Below are positions 1 to 7,239 of a DNA stretch of 64,000 nt, piece by piece. Both the position numbers and the translations under genes were made by a program. The notes beneath the pieces are model-generated. The model worked only from the letters and a program-made list of their open reading frames with translations, was not told the origin of the DNA and did no database searches. This stretch comes from Actinomycetota bacterium. Its GTDB lineage: Bacteria > Actinomycetota > UBA4738 > HRBIN12. The DNA lies in the NCBI GenBank assembly GCA_035463115.1, contig DATHTO010000149.1, positions 20,855 through 84,854 of the forward strand, written 5' to 3'. Every line of letters begins with the position of its first letter. Positions within the stretch are counted from its first letter, which is position 1.

Positions 1-377
1 ACGCCGTCGTTCCGACAATCGCCCGCGGGGAAGTCGATGCCGCGAGAGACGTCGTCACGGTCGCTCGCGACCCAGACCTCGATGTGCTCTCCGACGCCCC
101 GGAGCGTGTAGGCCTTCGGATAGATCGTCCCTTCGAAGTCGTCGCTCGCGAGCCACGTGCGCTCGTCGCCCACCGACGGCCTGGCGCGGCGCAGCATCGC
201 TCGCTCGGCGACGGCGGACGCGTCGGTGTCGAGCCGGCGATCCGCGTTCGGATCGAAGTGGCGTGTGTCGTCGACGTGGATCTGACCGTCGGGCGTGGGT
301 CCGGCGGAGGCCGCCGGAACCGCCCCGACCATCAGCACGAGAGCAACGAAGAGCGAGGCGGGCACCCGCATGAACAT
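1..377 (-). CDS. Secreted metalloprotease, InhA/M6-like N-terminal part (partial; 3' end lies beyond the left window edge)
   Basis: Absent from the supplied ORF track because it has no stop inside the window. Minus-strand ATG at 377 (second ATG at 371) is preceded by GAAAGGGG. Translation is MFMRVPASLFVALVLMVGAVPAASA (signal peptide), then ...TWLASDDFEGTIYPKAYTLRGVGEHIEVWVASDRDD..IDFPAGDCRNDG. From memory this resembles the N-terminal region of immune-inhibitor-A (M6) proteases. GC3 is high. Confidence 0.5.
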   Translation of the reverse strand, partial: MFMRVPASLFVALVLMVGAVPAASAGPTPDGQIHVDDTRHFDPNADRRLDTDASAVAERAMLRRARPSVGDERTWLASDDFEGTIYPKAYTLRGVGEHIEVWVASDRDDVSRGIDFPAGDCRNDG

Positions 378-571
378 CCCCTTTCACCGGTCCTCGCGGA
401 CCGTGTCACCCCGGAGGTGCTGGCAGCGGGATGTTCGGACAGGTCGAACCCTCGCGCAAACCGGGCGAGACGACGGGCTCGAGGTCGAGCGGCCCGTTCG
501 GTCGCCGGCAGGCGCTCCGTCCGTCAGAGTGGCTCGTCGCGCGCGTCCCGACGTAGGTTGGGAGGGACACC

Positions 572-2527
572 ATGCCAGCGTCGGATGACCTGATGGTCCG
601 GGGGCGCGCGGCGCTCGACGGCCACGCCTGGGACGAGGCCTACGCGACCCTGAGCCAGGCCGACGCGGCCGGCGCGCTGACCGGCGAAGGCCTCGAGCTC
701 CTGGCGACCGCGTCCTACTGGACGGCGCGTCCCGACGGGGCGATCGAGGCGTACGAGCGCGCCTACGCCGCGTACCTCGAGGAGGGGGATCGCGCGCGAG
801 CCGCCATGGTCGCCTTCCGGATCGCCGAGCAGCACGGGATGCGGATGTCGATCGCGCAGGCCCAGGGCTGGGCGCAGCGAGCGTTCCGCCTGGCCGAGGA
901 GGATCCGACGTGGCCCGTGCACGGATGGCTGATCTGGGTCCAAGGCCTGATGTTCTGGATCATGGAAGGCGACTTCGTCTCGGCGATCGAGCGCTACGAC
1001 GAGGCGATCGCGTTCGCCGCTGCGAGCGGCGACGAGGATCTCGCCGCGATGAGCCTGCACGACAAGGGGCACGCCCTGTGCCTGTTGGGCAGGGTCGACG
1101 AGGGCATGCCGCTGCTCGACGAGGCGATGGCGGCCGTGGTCGGCGGCGAGCTCGATCCCGCGGCTGCCGGCTACGTCTACTGCGGCATGATCGGCGTCTG
1201 TTCGAAACTCGGCGACTACGGACGCGCGACGGAATGGACCGACGCGACGTTGCGCTGGTGCGATCGTCACTCGGTCCCCGCGTTCCCCGGCGTGTGCCGC
1301 GTGCACCGCGCCGAGCTGAACACGTTCCACGGTCACCTCGACGACGCCGAAGCCGAGGCGCTCGCCGCCTGCGAGGAGCTGCCCCGGTACAACTTCGTGT
1401 CGGGCCTGGGCCCGGCGTACTACGAGATCGGAGAGGTCCGCCGGCGACGGGGCGATCTCGCCGGCTCGGAGGACGCCTACGCCCGAGCCGACGATCACGG
1501 GCGTCCGCCGGAGCCCGGACGGTCGCTCCTGCGTTTCGCCGAGGGGAGGGTGTCGGCCGCTGCAGCCGGCATCGGTCGCGCGCTGCAGGAGCTCGGCGCC
1601 AATCACTGCACCCGCGCCCGGCTCCTCGCGGCACAGGTCGACATCGCGCTCGCCGACGACGACATCGAGACGGCGGCGTCCGCGGCCGACCAGCTCGACG
1701 CCGTGGTCGCCGAACTCGGAACGTCGTCGCTCCGCGCGATGGCCTCCACGGCTCGCGGCGGCGTCCTCGCCGCTCGCGGCGACGCCGAAGGCGCGCTCGC
1801 CTCGCTGCGACGTGCGCGCCGCGAGTGGCAGCAGCTCGATGCGCCGTTGGAGGTCGCGGAGGTTCGCCTGCGGCTCGCGTCGGTCTGCGCCGCGCTCGGC
1901 GACGACGACGCTGCGCGATCCGAGGCGCGCGCCGCGCGGCTCGCCTTCGAGCAGAGCGGCGCCCGTCCAGCGGCGGAACGCGCCCGCCGCGTCCTCCAGC
2001 AGCTCGCGACGGACGACGAGCGTCCGGAGCGCGTCGGTCGCGCGTTCATGTTCACCGACATCGTCGGGTCGACCGATCTGATCGGCGCGATCGGCGACGA
2101 GGCGTGGGAGGACCTCCTCGCGTGGCACGATCGCACCCTCACCGCTGTCTTCGCGGCCCATGGCGGCGACGTCGGGCATCACACCGGCGACGGGTTCTTC
2201 GTCGCGTTCCCCGACGGCGATGCCGCGCTGCGGTGCGCCGTCGAGGTGCAACGCGCCCTCGCGGAGCACCGACGTTCCGCGGGGTTCGCGCTCGCGGTGA
2301 GGATCGGTGTCCACGCCGGCGAGGCGACGGCACGCGGCGACGACTACGGCGGCGCCGAGGTGCACCGGGCGGCGAGGATCGCCGCCCTCGCCGGTGCCGG
2401 CCAGATCTTCGCCAGCCGGTCGACCGTGAACGACGCGACCGGAGGCGTCTCCGTCGACGACGTCGGGGAGGTCGCGCTGAAGGGGTTCACGGAACCGGTC
2501 GCGATCGTCCGCGTGAGCTCCGCGTGA
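572..2527 (+). CDS. TPR-like helical-repeat protein with C-terminal class III adenylate/guanylate cyclase domain
   Basis: GGGAGGG RBS before the ATG. A long Ala/Leu/Asp/Arg helical-repeat N-terminus is followed by the cyclase core FMFTDIVGSTDL...GDGFFVAFPD...RIGVHAGEA...GGAEVHRAARIAALAGAGQI. Confidence 0.85.
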   Translation: MPASDDLMVRGRAALDGHAWDEAYATLSQADAAGALTGEGLELLATASYWTARPDGAIEAYERAYAAYLEEGDRARAAMVAFRIAEQHGMRMSIAQAQGWAQRAFRLAEEDPTWPVHGWLIWVQGLMFWIMEGDFVSAIERYDEAIAFAAASGDEDLAAMSLHDKGHALCLLGRVDEGMPLLDEAMAAVVGGELDPAAAGYVYCGMIGVCSKLGDYGRATEWTDATLRWCDRHSVPAFPGVCRVHRAELNTFHGHLDDAEAEALAACEELPRYNFVSGLGPAYYEIGEVRRRRGDLAGSEDAYARADDHGRPPEPGRSLLRFAEGRVSAAAAGIGRALQELGANHCTRARLLAAQVDIALADDDIETAASAADQLDAVVAELGTSSLRAMASTARGGVLAARGDAEGALASLRRARREWQQLDAPLEVAEVRLRLASVCAALGDDDAARSEARAARLAFEQSGARPAAERARRVLQQLATDDERPERVGRAFMFTDIVGSTDLIGAIGDEAWEDLLAWHDRTLTAVFAAHGGDVGHHTGDGFFVAFPDGDAALRCAVEVQRALAEHRRSAGFALAVRIGVHAGEATARGDDYGGAEVHRAARIAALAGAGQIFASRSTVNDATGGVSVDDVGEVALKGFTEPVAIVRVSSA

Positions 2528-2652
2528 CGTGGCGCGCGATCCGCTGCGGGCGTCAGCCGGACGCGAGCCGTTCGGACGTGGCCGCCGGCAGCGTCGACGA
2601 CGTGTCCGTGCGCCTGGCGGGACGGGCCGTCTCGCCCTAGGCTCCGGCCGAG

Positions 2653-4116
2653 ATGTCCACGCACGGAACCGCGATCGGCACGCCGGAGGATCAGCGCCGC
2701 TACTACGAGACGCTCCTCGAGGCGAGCCCGACCGCGATCGTGGCGTGCGATCCATCGTTCAGGGTCACGTCGTGGAACCCCGCCGCGGAGCGACTGTTCG
2801 GCTGGTCCCGCGACGAGGCGGTCGGAACCAACATCGACGAGCTCGTCGGTCGCCACGACGCGATCCGGGCCGAGGCGGCATCCGTGAACGACCGGGTGAT
2901 GAGCGAGCCCATCGAGCTCGTGACGAGGCGCTCGCGCAAGGACGGCACGCTCGTCGACGTCGCGATCCGAGCCGTGCCCGTCACGATCGACGGTCAGCTC
3001 GTCGGCGCCTTCGCGCTCTACGAGGACGTCGGCGAGCTCGTCCGCCAACGTCGGTTCTTCGAATCCCTCGTGGAGACGAGCCCGACGGCGATCATCATGG
3101 TCGATCGCGGGTTCCGGGTGACCCTGTGGAACCCCGCGGCCGAGCAGCTCTTCGGGTACGGCGCCGAGGAGGCGATGGGTCAGAACCTGGACGACCTCGT
3201 CGCGAACGACCCGGTGATCCACGCCGAGGCGACCGCATGGAGCCACGAGGCGTGGGAGCTGCCGTCGTTCCGGCGGATCGGTCGTCGGACGCGCAAGGAC
3301 GGCTCCCTCATCGACGTCGAGATCCTCGCGATCCGGGAGGAGATGGCGGACGAGCCGAGCAGCTACTACATCCTCTACCACGACGTCACGGAGCTCGAGC
3401 AGACGCGCCGGCAGCTCGAAGCTCGCGTCGACGAACAGATGGCGGAGCTCGTCCGCACCGGCCAGCTCGCACGCTTCCTGCCGCGTCAGGTCGCGGAAGC
3501 GCTGCTGCAGGGGAGCTTGCATGCCGAGGCCGAGTCGTTCGAGCGTCGACGCATCACCGTGCTGTTCGCCGACATGGTCGGCTTCACCGATCTCGCCGAG
3601 AGCCTCGAGCCCGAAGAGCTCGCCGATGTTCTGAACGGCTACCTCCGCGAGATGTCCGCCGCCGTGATCGAGTTCGGCGGCTCCGTCGACAACCTGATCG
3701 GCGACGGCGTGATGGCCGTGTTCGGCGCTCCCAACGACATGTCGGAGGCCGATCAGGCGTGGTCCGCCGTGCGGGCCGCGATCCAGATGCGCGAGCGATG
3801 TCACCGTCTCGCAGCATCGCTGCGGGATCGGGGCATCCCCGCGGACCCCGACATCCGCGTCGGCGTGAACACCGCGCACTGCACGGTCGGCGTGTTCGGC
3901 AGCGACGTGATGCGCGCCTACACCGCCGTCGGCTTCGGCGTGAACGTGGCGGCTCGCCTGCAGACCGCCGCGGAGCCAGGGTCGATCCTCTGTGGCTTCC
4001 GGACCTACGCGCTCGTGAAAGAGAAGGTGCGCGCGGACGAGCGGGGCGCTCTGCCCGTGAAGGGTGCCGTGCGGCCGGTCGAGGCGTACGAGATCGTCGA
4101 TCTCCTCCGCGGATGA
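2653..4116 (+). CDS. PAS-PAS-class III adenylate/guanylate cyclase
   Basis: Two PAS-like modules (SPTAIVACDPSFRVTSWNPAAERLFGWSRDEAVG and SPTAIIMVDRGFRVTLWNPAAEQLFGYGAEEAMG), then the cyclase core ITVLFADMVGFTDL...IGDGVMAVFGAPN...RVGVNTAHCTVGVFGS. Confidence 0.9.
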   Translation: MSTHGTAIGTPEDQRRYYETLLEASPTAIVACDPSFRVTSWNPAAERLFGWSRDEAVGTNIDELVGRHDAIRAEAASVNDRVMSEPIELVTRRSRKDGTLVDVAIRAVPVTIDGQLVGAFALYEDVGELVRQRRFFESLVETSPTAIIMVDRGFRVTLWNPAAEQLFGYGAEEAMGQNLDDLVANDPVIHAEATAWSHEAWELPSFRRIGRRTRKDGSLIDVEILAIREEMADEPSSYYILYHDVTELEQTRRQLEARVDEQMAELVRTGQLARFLPRQVAEALLQGSLHAEAESFERRRITVLFADMVGFTDLAESLEPEELADVLNGYLREMSAAVIEFGGSVDNLIGDGVMAVFGAPNDMSEADQAWSAVRAAIQMRERCHRLAASLRDRGIPADPDIRVGVNTAHCTVGVFGSDVMRAYTAVGFGVNVAARLQTAAEPGSILCGFRTYALVKEKVRADERGALPVKGAVRPVEAYEIVDLLRG

Positions 4117-4485
4117 CGCGCCCACGGGTGCCGGTCGCACTCCCGCCTCCGCGACGGTCGATCGGATGGTGAAAGCCCTCCCGGACCCCTCGTTCCACGG
4201 TCGGGGGGAAACGTCCGAGCACCCGGCGGAAGGCGATCTCGGACTCGTTCGGGGTCCGGGAGAGCTCTCTCGGAGCACGGTACGCTTCGGCGCATCCCCG
4301 CACCATCCGCCGAAGGTCCGACGTTCGCGGGCCGGACGATCGATGTCCTTTCAGCGCGAGTTCGAGGCGATCGTCCCGCCGCGACCGCGGTGAACGCTCC
4401 CTTTTGTCACTCTTCCGGTCCGCCTTCCCCTTGCCTCCTGGTGCGAGGACGACGAGACTCCCGCGGGTCGACGGAAGGAGCAACC

Positions 4486-5412
4486 ATGACCCCCCGCCCC
4501 GTCACGACCATCGCCATCGCCGTCCTCGCCGCCACCGCTCTCCTGCCCGTGGCCTCGGCGACCGCTGCCGACCCGGACGACATGTGCTTCGGGAAGCCGT
4601 TCACGATCGACGCCCGTGGGTCGGGTCAGACGCCGACCGTCGGCACCGAGGGCCCCGACGTCATCGTCGGCGGCACGATCGTCCACGGGCTCGGCGGGAA
4701 CGACAGGATCTGCTCGTTGCGGGGGGCCGACGTGGTCTACGGAGGTCCCGGCGACGACATGATCGACGGAGGGAGCCAGGAGGACTTCATCGAGGGCGGT
4801 CCGGGGGACGACTTCCTGCGCGCGGGCCTCGACACCTGCTACTGCGACCAAGGGTACGGACCCGGCGGCGAGGTGTTGTCGGTGCGCGACGCGACCGGAC
4901 CGACCACCGTCGACCTGATGCACGGTGTCGCCTCGGGTCCGGGGATCGGCCATGACACCTTGTCGGTGAGCCCCGGAACCGGTTGGTGGTACGCCGGCGT
5001 CGAGTTCAGCGAGGTGCACGGCTCGCCCTACGCCGACGTGATCGTCGGCGGGAAGGCGTGGAACGGCAACGCCCTGTTCGGCTTCGGCGGCGACGATCGG
5101 ATCCGTGGCGGCGACCAACGCGACCTGCCGGCGGGCGAGTACACGTACGACCTCCTCGTCGGCGGACGCGGCAACGATCGGCTCCGCGCGCGAGCCGGCG
5201 CGGACCTCCTCGAGGGCAACCGCGGCAAGGACGTCCTGAACGGTGGCGACGGCGGCGACGATCGCGACGTGGTGCGGTACGCCGCGCCGGCGACCGTGAA
5301 CTGGAACACGTGCCGGATCTCTGGTGACGAGGGAACCGACCGGATGGTCGAGATCGAAGCCGGGCCCCGCAAGAGCGACGGCGCGACGGTGATCGGCTCG
5401 CCTCCCTGCTAG
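4486..5412 (+). CDS. Secreted calcium-binding RTX/hemolysin-type repeat protein
   Basis: Internal ATG at 4486 preceded by GGAAGGAG. Signal peptide MTPRPVTTIAIAVLAATALLPVASATA. Repeated GGxGxD-type nonapeptides (GGPGDDMIDGGSQEDFIEGGPGDDFL; GGDDRIRGGDQRD; GGRGNDRLRARAGADLLEGNRGKDVLNGGDGGDD). Confidence 0.8.
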   Translation: MTPRPVTTIAIAVLAATALLPVASATAADPDDMCFGKPFTIDARGSGQTPTVGTEGPDVIVGGTIVHGLGGNDRICSLRGADVVYGGPGDDMIDGGSQEDFIEGGPGDDFLRAGLDTCYCDQGYGPGGEVLSVRDATGPTTVDLMHGVASGPGIGHDTLSVSPGTGWWYAGVEFSEVHGSPYADVIVGGKAWNGNALFGFGGDDRIRGGDQRDLPAGEYTYDLLVGGRGNDRLRARAGADLLEGNRGKDVLNGGDGGDDRDVVRYAAPATVNWNTCRISGDEGTDRMVEIEAGPRKSDGATVIGSPPC

Positions 5413-5493
5413 CCGGTCGCCGCGTGCGTTCCGAGACGCAGAAGGTCCGACGCGCGCGGCGCGAACGAACCGCTCCGCAGTAGCCTGCGGCGC

Positions 5494-7239
5494 GTGAACC
5501 GTCGCAGGGACACGACCGATCCCGTCGAGATCGTCGAGATCCGCGTCTACCGCGGGCCGAACGTCGAGTTCCCGCGTCCCGCGATCCGGCTCGTCGCGTC
5601 GGTGCCCGGTTGGATGCGCGCGACGGAGGCACGCCTCGCACGGCGCGCCGAGGAGATGGGTCTTCCCGAGAGCGCGCGACCCGGTGGGCCGAGGACCGAA
5701 CAGCGTCGCCGCTTCGCGGTGCGTGCGGCGGTGCACGTCACTCGCGAGATCTCCCGGGCTCGCGCGACGCGCCTCGCCGTCCGCGGCCGCGCCGGCGCGG
5801 AGGCCGACCGGATCGAGGTCGTCTTCCCGTGGCGGCGTCGCGGATCGGCGCAGGCGCTCGCCGAGGAGGTCGTGTCGGTCCTGCGGGACCTGCTCGCGAC
5901 GCGGCGGACGTTCCGACGGCTCGTCGCCGACGCCGCGGACAGGATCGGGGAGGTCGATCCGGGGCCGGAGCCGGATCTTCCCGACCCGTCGGTCCCCGTG
6001 GTCGCCGTCACCGGCACGAACGGCAAGACGTCGACGGTGCGGATCCTCGCGCACGTCCTCCGGCAGGCCGGCATGAGCGTCGCCTACTCCTCGACCGACG
6101 GCGTGTACCACGACGGCGTCCTCGTCGAGGAGGGCGACTACGCCGGCCCGAGCGGCGCCCGCATCGCGCTGTCGCAGCCGGGCGTCGAGGTGGTCGTGCT
6201 CGAGACCGCCCGGGGAGGCATCCTGCTGCAGGGCCTCGGCGTCGCGTCGAACGACGTGTCGGTCGTGACGAACGTCTCGCGCGACCATCTCGGCCTCCAC
6301 GGCATCGACACGCTGGATCAGCTCGCCGACGTGAAGGGAACGATCACCCGCGTGACCCGCCCCGACGGATGGACGGTGCTGAACGCCGACGACCCACGCG
6401 TGCTGAACATGCGTCGCCGATCGCCGGCGCGGCCGTTCCTCTTCTCGCTCGACCATCGACATCCCGCGTTCCCCGACGTGCTGACCGAGCACGGTCGCGC
6501 AGCGACCGTGCTCGACGGGGCCATCGTGCTGCTCGGACCGGGCAGCCGATCCGAGACCGTGATCGCCGTCGAGGACGTTCCGGTGACCCTCGCCGGCGTC
6601 GCGCGCCACGCGGTGCAGAACGTGCTCGGCGTCGCCGCGGCGGCCGTCTCGGTCGGCGTGCCGACCGCGCACGTCGCGGCAGGGCTCCGGACGTTCCTGC
6701 CCGACGCCGAGACGAACCCCGGCCGCGCGAACGTCTACACGCACGACGGGCGCGTCGTCGTCGTCGACTACGCCCACAACGAGGACGGCATCGACTCGTT
6801 GGCCCAGATCCTCGCCGGGTTCCGCCGGCCCGGGAACGACGTCTGGCTCGCGTTCGGAACCGCCGGCGACCGGAGCGACGAGATCCTCCACGCCTTCGCC
6901 TACCGCGCGGGCCGTGGGGCGGACCATCCGATCGTGGCGGAGCTCCACCGGTACCTGCGGGGCCGCGATCCGGAGGACCTGGTCGAGCGCCTCCGCGCCG
7001 GCGCGATCGACGCCGGCGCCACCGAGGTGCCGTCGGAACCCGATGAGGTGCGCGCGCTCGAGCGGATGCTGCGCGGGGCGCGGCGCGGCGACGTGATCGG
7101 CATCACGGCGCTCGCCCAGCGTCCCGAGATCTTCGCGATGCTCGACCGTGAGGGCGCCGTCCGGGCCGATCCCGCGACGGTGAAGCGGCTCGTCCGCGCG
7201 GCGAGACCGACGGTCAGGCGGGCGCGGGCGACGCGGTGA
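5494..7239 (+). CDS. Cyanophycin-synthetase paralogue with CphA N-domain fused directly to a Mur-ligase-type M domain (no ATP-grasp domain)
   Basis: GTG start. The N-terminus VEIVEIRVYRGPNVEFPRPAIRL...IEVVFPWRRRG...LAEEVVSVLRDLL parallels the N domain of the neighbouring CphA. It is followed directly by VVAVTGTNGKTST, VLETARGGILLQGLG and VVVDYAHNEDG (Mur-ligase/M-domain motifs). No KPxxGxxGxGV-type ATP-grasp segment lies between them. Confidence 0.8.
   Translation: MNRRRDTTDPVEIVEIRVYRGPNVEFPRPAIRLVASVPGWMRATEARLARRAEEMGLPESARPGGPRTEQRRRFAVRAAVHVTREISRARATRLAVRGRAGAEADRIEVVFPWRRRGSAQALAEEVVSVLRDLLATRRTFRRLVADAADRIGEVDPGPEPDLPDPSVPVVAVTGTNGKTSTVRILAHVLRQAGMSVAYSSTDGVYHDGVLVEEGDYAGPSGARIALSQPGVEVVVLETARGGILLQGLGVASNDVSVVTNVSRDHLGLHGIDTLDQLADVKGTITRVTRPDGWTVLNADDPRVLNMRRRSPARPFLFSLDHRHPAFPDVLTEHGRAATVLDGAIVLLGPGSRSETVIAVEDVPVTLAGVARHAVQNVLGVAAAAVSVGVPTAHVAAGLRTFLPDAETNPGRANVYTHDGRVVVVDYAHNEDGIDSLAQILAGFRRPGNDVWLAFGTAGDRSDEILHAFAYRAGRGADHPIVAELHRYLRGRDPEDLVERLRAGAIDAGATEVPSEPDEVRALERMLRGARRGDVIGITALAQRPEIFAMLDREGAVRADPATVKRLVRAARPTVRRARATR

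Noticed and set aside
524-2755. Very long ORFs antisense to, or out of frame with, recognisable genes. Examples: 524-2755(-), 4351-6948(-), 13452-17369(+), 18719-21589(+), 24456-26189(-), 46437-49412(-), 54289-56862(+), 58057-60051(+).
   Set aside because: Their translations are Arg/Pro/Ala/Gly low-complexity strings with no motifs. Each is mirrored by a gene with clear family signatures on the other strand or frame. Stop-codon scarcity in very GC-rich DNA produces such shadow ORFs.
3053-3067. A tRNA T-arm-like string, ggttcttcgaatccc. I also scanned generally for tRNA, rRNA and CRISPR repeats.
   Set aside because: The string sits inside the PAS-cyclase coding frame, deviates from GGTTCGAATCC, and has no acceptor or anticodon stems around it. 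I found no spaced direct-repeat array or rRNA-like segment anywhere in the window.
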